Source: Geosiphon pyriformis uo1
Lineage: Eukaryota > Fungi > Glomeromycota
Direction: 5' to 3'
NCBI GenBank assembly: GCA_016748015.1
Contig: JAAOMT010000523.1
Location: forward strand, 866,156 to 930,155
Length of the DNA: 64,000 nucleotides
Below are positions 1-14,108 of this stretch, piece by piece (the stretch's first letter is position 1; each line of letters opens with the position of its first letter). The notes beneath the pieces were generated by a model. That model worked only from the letters and a program-made list of their open reading frames with translations. It did not search any database and had not been told where the DNA came from. Both the position numbers and the translations under genes were made by a program.

Positions 1-1236
1 CCTGATACAAGCCATCGCCACAAATCCTATGTCTAATTTGGGACAGGTCCATGCTGAATTTGATTCCTTATCTCGGCGATCACCTAGTCTTGAATCCGAA
101 GATTCTCAATTCTGTAAAGCATCATAATAGAGTTATTGAATTCTAATTTAATTAGCAAATCGATCCTACCTTCTAACAATATTGTTTCTTAGCGTTGCCA
201 TTCCTTCCAAATCCTCAAAATGGTGGATCTCTGACAACTTTAGGCTTAAGAGGAAGGAAATAGTTTAAAGTCGAGGGTTACCAAATTCATTCGTAATTTA
301 ACGTGATTTTTTGAAATTTTGAATTTAGGACGTAAATCAGGTTCTAATCTTGGGAGAAAACGAGGTTCAAGGTAAGATTCTTTAATCAAAATGCTATATA
401 TCATATTTTCTTGAACTATTATTTTTTGGTGATTATAATTGGATCTGCTATTTAGAACACCGACCTACACAAATACCAATAACAACAATAATACCCAAAA
501 AGGAATTAAATTTCGAATTACCACCGAGGATTATCAATTTGGTACATCAGATAATTCGTCACATCAGACCTTTAGTGATTTTACCGGATTGGAGTTCGTT
601 CCAACTACGGAAGACACCGGATATACCGAGGATGTCATATCTACCTCCAGTTTTGTAGGGATGTCTGGTTTGGAACCCACATACTGTATTTGTAATCAAG
701 TTAGTTTTGGAGAAATGATCGGATGCGATGGGGAGGTACGTTAATTGTCAATATATTGCGGAGTAGAGCTTTTAAAAGTCATACTTATTGAAATTTAAAC
801 TTGCAGAATTGTCGTTACGAATGGTTCCACATAGGGTGTGTTGGCCTAGAAAAAGTCCCAAAGGGCAAATGGTTTTGTGATACATGTGCTAAGACTAATA
901 TTCCTGCTCCGCCCGTTAAGAAAAGGAAACGAGGTCGCCCTGTTGGATCGTAAGTGTTGTTCAACATTTTTTTGGGTTTTTATATATTGTGGTTATTCAC
1001 ATATACCTATAATCTTACTCTTCAGAACAAAAAGTCATATTACGACTAATGAAGAATTTTTGCAGGAAGAAATTACTGGTCTTGGTGGGCATGTTAGTTC
1101 TGCAGTGGAATCAGAACTTTTGGTTGGCTCTAATTCGCAGTCTTCCTCAAATTCTGAATCGGATTCATCGTCAGTTGCTGAATCACCGGCAAGTTCGCCG
1201 CTCCCAGTACCAGCAAATTCTAACTTTACTTTGTAA
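1..1236 (+). CDS. ING-family PHD finger protein (Pho23/Yng2-like), 5'-truncated by the window edge, multi-exon
   Basis: Spliced translation gives EPTYCICNQVSFGEMIGCDGE|NCRYEWFHIGCVGLEKVPKGKWFCDTC, a canonical ING PHD (C4HC3) split by a GT-AG intron at ~736-807. An AT-hook-like KRKRGRP follows. Stop TAA at 1234-1236. Confidence 0.88.
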
Positions 1237-1550
1237 TATATGGTCCGTTAATCAAATCCTGCACATCGATCTTTTATATACGTTAACAAATTTGTTTTCA
1301 TCTTCGTCAAGTCATTTATAATTTATTTTGTAAGCTTTCAATTGAACATTTTAATGGCACTAGAAGTGTATGGTATTTTTTAAAAAGATATCGATGACAT
1401 CAACTTCGCTAATTGGGAAATACAATATACCGACTGGGTGCTGTGGAGAGTTTGAAGTATATTAAAACCGAAAATTACTGTTATGCTTTTAAGCTAAGAT
1501 AATTCTGAGACTTAATTTTTTTCAAGACCGAGGCCTTCGTGGCTTTATAA

Positions 1551-4061
1551 TCATGTTTTCGATTCCGCTAATCCATTAATAATTTGTGAACTATTGTTTT
1601 CATTATCTTGTTTATTCTTTTTTTGAACCGAATTTTTAAGATTTCCCTTATTATTGTGCCATCTAATCCACGTTTGTTCTCGTTTCGCGTGTTCTTCTGA
1701 TTTGAATGAGAAGTACTATTTTTCACCCAAAAACGTTAACTTCCATAAAATTATGGAAAAATTCGAATTAAGATTTTAAATAGAATAACCCAAACCTTTT
1801 CCCGAAAATGATAATGCCCCGGTTTCTTGTTACTTTCTTCGATGTTGGGATTTGTATTTACATTCTGATCACTGGTAAGAGGATTGCCTGTCTGATAAAT
1901 AGTCTCCAATCCTTTGTAATTATCATTCACATAAGCACGGTAAACACCAAGGACATTTTTCTTTGATTTTTCCATGGTGATTAGCCGGCGACTCCACGCG
2001 CCAAAACTTTGCTCGCTATTTGATATTAGTTTCATACAAGGATGAGAAGGTATATCCTCTTTTGTGTATCTTGATTTTTCGTGAAATATATGTCCAGCAG
2101 AAGAATGTTATAGACAAGCAAAATAAACTATCGTAAGGATAAAGTAAATGTAATCGTTTTTGAGAAAGCAGATAAAATACAAACTCTTCTACAACAGTAG
2201 GTAGCCAATATACTAGCCGACCACCAACTACCAAGAATTGAGCGGCAAATTCCAAAAGATCTTTAAGGACTTGGGACATTTCATATGGTTTTGTGGGTGG
2301 ATAATAACCCTCACGTCTTTGAGAGGCGAGAAATAAAGAATGTTTTCAGTGGAATTAAAAGAAAGATAATAACTTCTTTTCAAAGTGATTGATTACTTGT
2401 AAGCTGGTAGCTCATCAGCCGGTTTCGGCTTTATTGGCTTTTCATCTCGCTGCCCAAGTGTCTTCGCTCCCGCTCTTACACCATATGGGGCTGATTAAGA
2501 AATATGGGTTTCAGCGTTTAAGATAAGGCGCGCTTCACCCAGATTATCAGATACTTACGATCAGTTACAATAGCATCAAACCACAAGTTTTCCCGCCATG
2601 GATGATGACATATATCGAACACAAGTGTGTCCAAAATTTGATTTGAGAGGTTATACTGTTTGGCATTCGTCTTTACAGATTTACTTCCTTTAAAAATTGC
2701 GCATATTCGTTTGAGTTCTTATGAGTTGGTTTCATCTTGCCACCTTCGTGTTGAATAAGATAAACGTTACCTTGTCCACGAATTTGTCTTCCATCAATAT
2801 CAGATCCAAATGTAAAGGCGCCTGACTGTGCACATGTGAGAAGGAAGCTACCGGTACCCACAAAAGGATCATATATTATTTTTCCGGGAGCCGCCTAGAT
2901 GAGAAAAAAAAGTTGTAAATAAAATTGCCAACTTGGATTTTCAACTTAGGTATGAAAACACAATTACGAGTGGTCTTGAATAAACATGTTACAAACCAGA
3001 GCCTGGTTGGCCATTATCAAAGACAACTCGGCATCCATTGTGGTGTTTCCTATATAATTACGTTTCTTTACATCAAAAGTTTGAATCAAGCCACGTTCCC
3101 CGGATGCAATCTGTTAGGATGAAACAAAAATCAGGTCAAAATCAAAAAAGAATTTTGGGAAAAAAACCCAAAGCAAACATTTTAAAAAAAAAATAAGAAA
3201 ACGGAAATTGCCTACGAAACGACCAAAATATATCGCTATGGGTTCCGGAGGAGGGGCCGCTGCGTTTAAATCAATCCCATAATCTTCCATCACTGAGAAT
3301 ACCACTGCAGGATGTTTCAAATCGATAGCGCCCTTGAAGCTCAAATATGAAAAAGAATTTATAACGCGTAATTGATGAGTTGCGGAACATGTGGATCCGA
3401 AAGCGGATACAATAAATTTGAATGATTGCTGTAAATATTTTGGCTGTTACATAAAATTGAGAAACTTTTTTGAGTAAAAAAAAAAAAAAAAGTTTCATTT
3501 AAAGAACAATTTTCAATTTGATCGAGGGATATTCTCACCCATTTCTCGGGATTTTGTTTAACTTGCGCGTGAACTTGTTCATAAGTTGCACCAGATCCCC
3601 ATAGTTCATAAATATTTCTAACGAGAAAAACAGTTTCCATTAAATTTTCAATCGGGGAAAATTCAAGATAAAAATTATTTATAGCAGACAAACTTTATCA
3701 AGATAGCGCGTTTAACAAGTCGCGCGGCTTGTTCGTCCGTATCGATATCGACCACAAAAAAAGGTGACTAAAAAATTTCCCGTTATTTTCGAGGTTTTCA
3801 GTTTAAACAGCAACACCGGCCAAACACCCTGTACTGTAACTTTAAGACGTACGTCTTTTTTGTAAGTTTGTTCATCAAATTTCACTACCAGATTTTCAAG
3901 TTGTGCAAGTGAATCAAGTTCCGGTAGACGAAATTCCTCGTGAGCTTTGTGAAAAAGATTTAAAGAATAAAAAATAACGAGTTTAATTTCTACCGACTTT
4001 TCTGGGTTGGTAGCACTTTGAATTTTTTACCTTGAGCAAACTGTATCAAGTATTTTGGCAT
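1551..4061 (-). CDS. TRM11: tRNA (guanine(10)-N2)-methyltransferase Trm11, about 12 exons
   Basis: Exons read MPKYLIQFAQ|AHEEFRLPELDSLA, NIYELWG, FDVKKRNYIGNTTMDAELSLIMANQAL, IIYDPFVGTGSFL (SAM motif), GSDIDGRQIRG, FDAIVTD|PYGVRAGAK and LVVGGRLVYWLP. The introns checked are GT-AG. Stop TGA at 1551-1553. Confidence 0.93.
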
Positions 4062-4989
4062 TTTCAAAATTTCTTTCCCCAAAAAGCGGAGATGATCAAA
4101 TATGAGATAGTCTAACAAAATCAAAAACCAGATAATTTAGGTTGGTATTATTCCGAGTCTTTCAAGATCGTGACTCAAACTTTTAAACTTTAAATTTTCT
4201 ATTTTGTAGAATGGATCTTAAAAATTGCCTTTTAGTTTTTAGTATTCAATTTGAGATATATTTTATAGAATGCTAAATGGATCTTTTTAAATACAATTTG
4301 AGATTCATCAACTCGAAACTCATAGCAGATGATGGATAAGATTTCCTCGTACGAGAGATATCCCAATAATAATATAAATTTTATGATAATATGTCGAATT
4401 TAATAACAATAACAATATATGATTGTGATATATGTAGTATGAAGCAAAATATGTACAAAGAGAAGAATGAAGATTGTGGTGGCAAAAAAGCACACCAGTT
4501 ATTCGCTTTTCCAATAAGAATATGTTTTTGAGGGGATGAGATATTAATTATATAGGAATAAACATTTTGTACAAAAAAATACATGTTCTACTTCGACCAC
4601 CAAATCACGTTTCCCTCTAAATATTTATAAATATTGGGGTCCCAAAAAAACCTTTCTGATCAAAATGATTCCCTTAATTTGATCAAATGGATACTACCTC
4701 TAATAGACCCTATAAATTAAAATTTGTCTATCAAATCCCTCTTTATACTAACACGAGATTTCATCTTGTAATTGGGCGACGTTGGTGGGGAAGGGGGGAA
4801 TAAAGAACAAAAAAGCTATGGGTAAAAAATACCAGCCACTTATTTTAAAATGATAAATTTAAAAAATATCTAAGCAAAATGCAAGGAAAAATTTTATGTG
4901 GTAAAAAGCGTGAGAATGTTCAATTGGAAGATAAGATGTGAAAAGATAATATGCCAGGTTGGAAATTTTTACACGCAACAAAGAGAGAC

Positions 4990-6022
4990 TCACACCAACC
5001 ACGGTCTCCACATGCCCCTTATTTGTCCGTCGTTATCATCGTGAGGGTGGTGATGGTGATGGTGGTGGTGATGATGATGATGAGTTTTAACACGTTCTTC
5101 TTTAGTTTTCATATATTCGGCAGCTGTTGCGAGGATATTAATGCCAGACTCTGAGGTTCCTTTACTGGGTTCGGATTGTAATGATGGCACGAATTTGGGT
5201 GCCGGATGAAAATGCAAACTTGGAAGCTGTGTGTACTGTGGCTGCTGTCCGAGTATAGTTTGACCTTGAGGGTCAATGATCGGAGGTAGGGCACAATTTA
5301 TGGGGGGATATTGATTTAGAATTGGAGGGGGCAAAATTGGTGTGGTAGGCGTAACAGGTGAACTTGGAGATGGGGGTGAAGATAAATGCGAATTAAAATG
5401 ATCTAAATTCACCGAAAACGGTTGCAGTGAATGATGATTATGATATTGATGATGCTGGTGATGATTTTGATAATTATTACTATGAGGCTGACGTTCCGGG
5501 GTATAAGGGGAAGTTTTAATAGGTGGAGGGATGAGCATTGGTTTTTGATTAGGGGTTTGAGGAGCATCGATTGGTTTCAAGGTCGGGTCAGTAGTAGGTT
5601 GAGATGATGTTGACACGTGTGAAACTGTAGTGGCTCGAGGTCTGGTGTGGTTTGTATGATGCAGTGAAGTCTTGTTTAATGAGGTGGGAACAACTACAGG
5701 TGCCTGATAAGAATGTCGACGAGCATTTCGACTCTTTGAGGAACCACTTGAAGCCACCCCGTTAGGGAACATTGGTACAAAAGTGTAATTACCCTGAGGG
5801 GGGACAGAGGAGGCGTGGCCACTAGCTGCTTGAGCTGGAGTCACGGCGTGATGATGTAGAAATCTATGTTGATGGGCAGCGTTGTGCTCATTTGCCTTGA
5901 CGCGATTTGCTTTTGCGCGTCGATTTTGAAACCAAACCTTTATATTGAGGTGAGACATTATGTTAGCAAGTTGATTAGGAGAATCTGAAGAGGGAAGGGG
6001 GGCTGCCTTGAAAATGAAAAAA

Positions 6023-6060
<38 letters not shown>

Positions 6061-6752
6061 TATACCTGAACTTCACGATTAGTCATGTTTAATTTCTTTG
6101 CCAGTCTCTCGCGTACTTCATAGCTTGGTGTATCAGTTTGGTCAAACATTGCGACCAAATCAACTAATTGCTCGGGACTAATTCTCTTGCGCTTCACTTT
6201 AGCCGGAATCGGGTGGGAAGTGCTAGAATTTAATGGGTCATTTAAAGATGGAAATTGAAATGATTTTTCAATCGAATTTCCAGACAGAGAGGAATTTGTA
6301 GTCTTTAAAGCTGAATTGCTTGTATTTGGAGGGGAATAATTAATGGGGGCGAATTTCTTTGGTGATGACGGTGTTGACATTGAAGAGGCCCGTTGGATAT
6401 CTGAGGAAGAGGATGAACTATTTTTATTGTAGTTGTAGTTTATACTTGTCAAATGATGGTTGGCATCGGATGATAAGTTTGGAGCGGAATAACGACGCCA
6501 ATTTTGAGTTTCATACCCCACGATAGAATCTTGTGTAGTAGACCTATTGTAACTTTGATGATTTTGATCATAATCCGCATAATTACTGGGTTTTGGTCTC
6601 GTGGGAGAGGTATGATCCTCGGAATCAGGATTAAGTAAAGAAGATATTGACACGGCTGACGGGCGTCGAGTTACCGACGCGAAAGATGAGGTATGTATCC
6701 ACATATCATTTTTCTTGTTCTCAGCGACACGTGACTTCGAAGAACGTTCCAT
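4990..6752 (-). CDS. Homeodomain transcription factor, 2 exons (intron 5938-6065)
   Basis: KRKRISPEQLVDLVAMFDQTDTPSYEVRERLAKKLNMTNREVQ|VWFQNRRAK, with a phase-0 GT-AG intron at the classic helix-3 position. Also has Pro/His-rich regions, a His run and the C-terminus MWRPWLV. Confidence 0.93.
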
Positions 6753-7872
6753 TTTAAGGGAGTTTGATGCTTGAAGGTTAAAATTTCTGCAAAGTAAGGA
6801 GTCGGTTGGTGTTAGAGTGAGAGAATAAAGAGAAAAGCAATTTGAGAAAGCGAATTAAAATTTGATTTTTTGTAGACATTTTATCAGTTGGTGAAAAAAT
6901 TGAAAATTCTAAAAAACTACGTAGCAACCACAGTGTCAAGGAATTATACAACTCAAATCTTTTTTAAATTTCATAAACTTTTGGTTCTACTTCTTTGAAG
7001 ACTAGCCCATATTTTAAACATGAAAAACATGACATACCAAATTGATTCCAAAAATATACGAAATGGTCGTTGTAATGGTAAACTGGTCTTTATTGAGGAG
7101 ACAAGCACAGAACTTGTACAAGTGTAGTGATAAAATGAAGAGAGAAACTAAAGAAAAGTAAAAGTATTTGAACGTCTCAAAGGAAAAACAGTATAAGAGA
7201 GAAGAGAGAAAAGTGAAGAAGAAGAAGAAGAAGGGGGGGGGGAGAGAGAGGAGTGCGAATATAATATAGAAAATCTTAAAGTTCTCACTCATTCTGGAAT
7301 TTTTTATTGAGTGCTGAATGTAGTTTAGCGGCACACTTAATCAGCCTCAACTCTAATTGAAAATATAAATATAATAAGCTATTATAATATAAAAATATTA
7401 AAGGGTAGTACAATTGGTAATCTTTTTATATCGTAAATAGGTAATTTTTTTAAAAAAAAAAAAAAAAAAAAAAGTTTAAAATATACACACATACATACAT
7501 ATATATAAATTATATAATATATGATATTATGATATTATATGATATATTATATTATGATATATTATGATATTTATTAAATTATGTGATATATTATGATATT
7601 ATTATTTATTTTAAATTATTATTTAAATTATATGATGAATCGATGATGATGATGATGAAGATCAAAAGGGTAAATGGTAATACCAGTTATTTTTGGTTAA
7701 ATAACTTTTTTGGGAAATGTGTATCAGAAAATCAGGACCAATGGTAAAAAAGACAATGACGGTAGTGATGAATTGGATTTATAATGACCGAATTAGGATA
7801 CAACTTTTTTTTTCATTATTAATGGAAAGACTAAAAAAGCCTATGATGAAGTTTCGTCAAACATTGCCTCAA

Positions 7873-7980
7873 AGTAGCAGTAGAAGTAGAGGTAGTAGTA
7901 GAAGTAGAAGTAGCGGTAGTAGCAGTAGTAGTAGCAGTAGTAGTAGCAGTAGTAGTAGCAGTAGCAGTAGCAGTAGCAAC
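7873..7980. repeat. (AGT/AGC)n microsatellite
   Basis: Direct reading of the sequence. Confidence 0.9.
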
Positions 7981-8748
7981 TGGCGTTAACGTAATCACCA
8001 TTACCCGTGACTTAGAGTTCGTTTACGAGGCTAACTGGTATAGCAAGCCCAATTGAAGAAAAAAAAACCAGGCTTTCGTTAAACAGTGGGGCTTTTTTTA
8101 TTATTTTGATGATGGTGATTATGATGATTATAAATGATTATGTTGTTGATGTTGATGTTGATGTTGATGTTGATGTTGATGTTGACGATGATAATGATAG
8201 TAACAAAAATTTTTTGGTCATTATTAAAAAAAATAATAATTGAATCAGCATTAATTGATTTCCAGACATCAATTTTTTAAAATTTATTTTTTAAATTACT
8301 AGTATATTTAAAGACTTGAATGATCAACAGCTGAGATTCATAATAGAGTTTTTTTAATAATGCGGGATTTCAAACTTTTTTTGGGTATTTAATTTCAATT
8401 GGAAATGCAAAAAGAGATATTGGTAATCTATATTAGTCTAACCTGTAAGAAAATTGAATTCACGAATAAAATGTTCAAAAAAAAAAAAAAAAATTTTGTG
8501 AAACTTTTTTGTAATTAATGACCTAATTTCAAAAATAAAACAAATTTTAATGTCTGTGAAGGAAAGAAGATTTTTTAATCTTTTTCATACCTTAAAAAAG
8601 GAAAGCTACTAATTTATCATGAAACAAGAAACGGAAAATTTTGAAACGTCTTTTTACCCCCTCCCAATGCCCGATGGTACAGATATTGTTTTCAGATTCA
8701 AGTTAGTAGAAAATTAGAGAGAAGGGTTTGAATCAAAAGGTAATGAAG

Positions 8749-8804
8749 GTTAGGGTTAGGGTTAGGGTTAGGATTAGGGCTAGGGCTAGGGCTAGGGTTA
8801 GGGT
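8749..8804 (+). repeat. Interstitial telomere-like (TTAGGG/CTAGGG)n tract, about 9 units
   Basis: gttagggttagggttagggttaggattagggctagggctagggctagggttaggg. Confidence 0.85.
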
Positions 8805-9601
8805 GATATAAAATTTATTGGAAGGGAATAAACTAACAAAATGGAAGACTTATTATGTCTGTAGTGTTTCCAATTAATAATAATAATATTGTTGTCGGTT
8901 CAAGTTGAAAAACTAGAAATTTGGGAACAGTATAAAACTTGACCGAATTAAAATCTCCTTATCTGGTAGAGTAAAGTCCTACCTATTATAATAAATGTTT
9001 TCAACAACAAGATTCAAGCCTGTAATCTGTTTTTTTTTTTTTTAAAGCGAAAATCATTTCTTGGCTCAGTTACAGCACAGGAAAATCATGAGAATTAAGC
9101 CCATTAAAATTATTGATCTAAACCAGAAACGATACATGTATTTTTATAAAAAATGGGAGTTAAAAATTATCATTACTTTAAATTGATTAACGCATCAGCC
9201 AAAGTAGGAACTAGATATTAACCGGTTTTCAAAGCGAAGTAGAGGCGTCATGATTCAATTTCTAAGAAAAGGAAACTCCAGAGATTGGTAAAAATTGATC
9301 GATACCAAGAAAAAAAAAAAAAAAATTTTTTTTTGAAATCTGATTTGTTCTCAATCATTTTTCATAACACTAGTCAGGAATATCTACCGTCTTTGTTGAG
9401 ATAATTCTTTGAAAATTAGAAAGGGGGAGTAATAAAAGCGGAATAAGTTTTTTCAAGGGTCTTTAATGTTAGCTTTGGATCACCGATAAACATTGGGAAT
9501 TTTTCTTGGTCATGATCTACAGATATTTTGAGGCTTCAAGTTAAAAAACTTTTTTTTTTTAGTTGTTTCTCAAGGCTTGAACTTGGAATTTGACACAATA
9601 G

Positions 9602-9647
<46 letters not shown>

Positions 9648-11158
9648 AAATCAGATTTTATGGCTTCTGATCGATTTGGATTAGCCTCCAAAGAATATTT
9701 TCAAAAGCCATTTAGATTTAGAAAGCAAACACACACGACACAACCACTAAAAAAAGCCTCAGAAAGGTTATTAACCTTTAAGCATTTAAGGAGTTTTCTT
9801 CTTGATAGGTGTAATTTGTGTTGCTAAAAATGATGGTTGTGCCATGATGGCTTGGGTTGTGGTGGCTCGAAAAGTTACAATTTAAAGAAAATCCAACAAT
9901 TTTAGTAATACAACAGCTCTTAAACAGTGTGGCCATATTTAGGATGAAGATGCACAGCAACCAAATATTGTACCTTTATTTAATCTACTGACGATAGAAG
10001 TTCTGAAGAAGCTCTTAAATTGGCATAATTGAATTAGCCTTCTCATTCTTTCTCTTTATTCTTTGTTGTACACTAGAGATTAATTAAATTAATAATCTTG
10101 ATAGTTTCCTTTTCAAGACTACCAATATCACGGCCTTTCTCAATTGATCAACTTTCAAAAACCAGGCTTCACTCAATTTGATGATTTCATAATGGGACGA
10201 GATATTCATATTTTCATCAAACGTGATAATAATAAAGAAGCAAGCAATCAGGTAAGACAGGACAGGCAGGCAGGCAAGTAGGCAAGTAGGCAAGTGGACA
10301 CAAAATAAATAGCCGAATGATGTATTTACTTATCCTTTAGAATACAACAATGTAACGTATTTAATTTTATCACCTACACAGGTATTATCATGTCAGTTTT
10401 AAATAGGGTAGACTTCAATAATTCCAATAATAGAAAATAAAAATGGATTAAAAGAGAAAAAAATAGATCCTAACCTTACCAACTCCTCACCAGAAAAACA
10501 GTATATAAAAATCTTTGAAAATTTTAAAAAAACTTTAAGCTAAACAACATATTTCATGGCTAAACCCTAAAAAGCAAAGATGTAGTAAAGTAAAAGTTAA
10601 GGGGAAGAATGAATGAATTAATGAATTAATGAATTAATGAATTAATGAACGAGTTAAAGTTTGAGATTTTCCCAAAAATCATGACATAAAAGTTTGATTA
10701 AATCAAACCTTTTTAACTCCCAAATTATTTACGATAGGTTTTGAATTGATATTAAAAGGAAAAGAGGAACCTGAACTTTGGATTACTTGATTTTGTCATA
10801 ATGATTATTGTTTTGGGACCACATCACAAACATTTAGTCTTTTGATTTAATTGCCCCATGAATTGGTTCTTTTTTTTTGAATCGACATTTAAAAAAGAAT
10901 TTCAAACAGGTTAGCTTCTTTGAACTTGTCTCAAACATTGAATATTTCGATTTAACTTTTAAAGTTTACCATTTTAAGATGAATATATCTATATATAGTA
11001 TTCATAATTAAGGTTTCTGTACTCATTTAGATTTACCTCAAATAAATCAGTTTTTCAACATTTGGAATGAGTGGGGGAGAATAATTAAATTAAATTAATT
11101 TTTTTTAAAACAATTTATCATTAAATAATTTAATTCGTAAATATATCTCAAATGACAG

Positions 11159-11190
<32 letters not shown>

Positions 11191-11765
11191 GGATGGATGG
11201 ATGGATGGATGGATGGATGGAATAGGAAAGAAAAAACTAAAAAAGGATAATTTCATAGTCAGACTTTTTTCTCGTAAATGGCATCAAAAATGTGTAGAAA
11301 TTGTTAAATTTAGATATTATCACAATAATGGGGATCGATTAAGGTCTCCCATTCGAATCCATTCTAGGCGACGAGTTGATTATTAAAGGTTGTTGACGCA
11401 GGGACATTAGGACGTACAAACAAATACTTTTTTTTTTTTTTTACACTAAGTGAAAATATCAAAAGGCAAGTGACAAATACACACACACACACACACACAC
11501 GCAAACATCCAACCCAAATGACAAACAAACAGACAGCAAAAACAGCCGTGTCGTCGATGAAAAATTCCCCATTTTTTATCCTAAAATACACATGTTCCAA
11601 CTCGTTTTGGCGGCTTATCTTTTTCTCGCCACTAGGCTAAATGAAGTATTGGATGAAATTAATTGTAGCCACAATGATCGAAATTGGAGAAAGTAAATTA
11701 GATTTTGCTGTGTATGGAATCATTTTTTATTAATCTTATTCTATTAGGAAAGAGAACCGGCAATC

Positions 11766-11859
<94 letters not shown>

Positions 11860-11904
11860 AATGATGATTATAATCATAATAATAACAATAACAACAACAA
11901 CAAC

Positions 11905-11943
<39 letters not shown>

Positions 11944-11994
11944 CATCATCATCATCATCATCATTATCATTATCATTATCATTATCATTATCAT
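11766..11994. repeat. Compound (AAT)n/(AAC)n/(ATC)n microsatellite
   Basis: Direct reading. It is the source of the spurious poly-Ile/poly-Tyr ORFs. Confidence 0.95.
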
Positions 11995-12248
11995 CTGTTC
12001 CCAAGTTCTTTGTTCAAAGCGGAAAAACCCCACTTTTTTATTTCCTTTGGCTATAGAGGGCAAAGGGAGCAAATCAGTTGAACTTTGGAAATAATTACAG
12101 ATCCTTGTTTGGATGATACCACACTGTGACCATGCATGCAAACCCTATTTAGATTGCAAATGCCAAATTCTATTTACGGGCTGTCTTCATTCAACAAAAT
12201 TCAAAGCCCATCCCGGGGATTTCGACATCAAAAATCATTGTCAAAAAG

Positions 12249-12653
12249 NNNNNNNNNNNNNNNNNNNNNNNNNNNNNNNNNNNNNNNNNNNNNNNNNNNN
12301 NNNNNNNNNNNNNNNNNNNNNNNNNNNNNNNNNNNNNNNNNNNNNNNNNNNNNNNNNNNNNNNNNNNNNNNNNNNNNNNNNNNNNNNNNNNNNNNNNNNN
12401 NNNNNNNNNNNNNNNNNNNNNNNNNNNNNNNNNNNNNNNNNNNNNNNNNNNNNNNNNNNNNNNNNNNNNNNNNNNNNNNNNNNNNNNNNNNNNNNNNNNN
12501 NNNNNNNNNNNNNNNNNNNNNNNNNNNNNNNNNNNNNNNNNNNNNNNNNNNNNNNNNNNNNNNNNNNNNNNNNNNNNNNNNNNNNNNNNNNNNNNNNNNN
12601 NNNNNNNNNNNNNNNNNNNNNNNNNNNNNNNNNNNNNNNNNNNNNNNNNNNNN
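12249..12653. other. Assembly gap (N run); further gaps at ~13720-13832 and ~14205-14267
   Basis: Runs of n. Confidence 0.99.
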
Positions 12654-12860
12654 TTGGAGATTTCTTTCGCTCTGATTTTTCCGAGATAATTTAAACATTC
12701 CAATTTCACCCGCCTACTATTCTCATGCTAATGCACTTTTGGTGTGGTTTAAGTGAAATGGTGACTTAGGTAAGTGGCTTCAAATCCTATTATAGGCTTA
12801 AAGTTTCCTGCTTTCGGAATTAATTCATAAATTTCTCTTGCTTTTCAAATAAATAGGCTA

Positions 12861-12949
12861 AGCAGTAACAACAGTAACAACAGTAGCAACAGTAGCAACA
12901 GTAGCAACAGTAGCAACAGTAGCAACAGTAACAGCAGTAACAGCAGTAA

Positions 12950-13017
<68 letters not shown>

Positions 13018-13039
13018 AAAGAAGAAGAAGAAGAAGAAG
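12861..13039. repeat. Compound (CAGTAGCAA)/(CAG)/(TAG)/(GAA) microsatellite
   Basis: Direct reading. Confidence 0.9.
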
Positions 13040-13393
13040 TAAATTAACCAAGCAAAGCAATTTTCATTTAACCAAAACTTTGTACGCTGTTTGATTCTTA
13101 TTCGTTCTCAATGTGAGAATATGCACCCTCATACAATACCATTTCATAATAAATATGAATCATTCTGTGTTCATGTCTTTTTTTATTTTTTTTATACCTA
13201 ATGGAAATTTCTTTCATTTTCCTCCTCACTTTTGAACTCATTCATATTTGCTTATATTACGATATATAGTAATAGTTCACTGCGAATTTATGCACATAAG
13301 GTGCCATTGAACTTTATTAAATATTTTCCAACTTTTCGAAAATTAAAATTGTGTGGAGAGCAGGATAAAGGAAAAAGGTAAATGACTTTTTTT

Positions 13394-13431
<38 letters not shown>

Positions 13432-14073
13432 TCATCTTTGCCCCGTTGTATGATTATTGTTGTTGTTGTTGTTGTTGTTGTTGTTATTACTAATAAGTCA
13501 AGATTTTCATAGTCCGCATTATAGATTAAAAGGATTTCTTATAAATACCTTGGGACGTTTCACGAATTTTTTTATTTTTCTATATCAGTGCCAAACCCTA
13601 TCCCAAGACTGTGTGCCATAAAAAAATAAATTTGTAATTTTTCTTAAATAAAGTCCTACAATAAAAATTTTATTATTTATTCATCTTTCATTATAAAAAT
13701 TTCTTAATTTGTATTTGAANNNNNNNNNNNNNNNNNNNNNNNNNNNNNNNNNNNNNNNNNNNNNNNNNNNNNNNNNNNNNNNNNNNNNNNNNNNNNNNNN
13801 NNNNNNNNNNNNNNNNNNNNNNNNNNNNNNNNCATGAATAAAACCTTTCATAGAAAAAACGCCCGATACAGATATTCTAACACAAAAAGAATATATATAT
13901 ATATTTGACTCCAATTCGTACTTCTAAATCATTCGTGTGCTACACCATATGTAAGTTTTTGGCCATTTTGTAACAATTTTAATTTTGTTTTAGGTAAAAA
14001 TAGGATTTATATCATGATGCCATTTGTGGGAATTGTGTCTTGAATTGAAATTTTTCTTTGTTCTCTCTTACTC

Positions 14074-14108
<35 letters not shown>

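Noticed and set aside
193-328. Non-canonical donor in an ING intron
   Set aside because: A weak but canonical phase-1 G|GTGGAT donor at ~221 satisfies the frame. It cannot be resolved without transcripts.
4990-6752. Homeobox gene as a mating-type HD locus
   Set aside because: No divergently transcribed HD1/HD2 partner or MAT-linked neighbours are visible. It looks like a stand-alone regulator.
8749-8804. True chromosome end
   Set aside because: The tract is short, degenerate and flanked by unique sequence on both sides.
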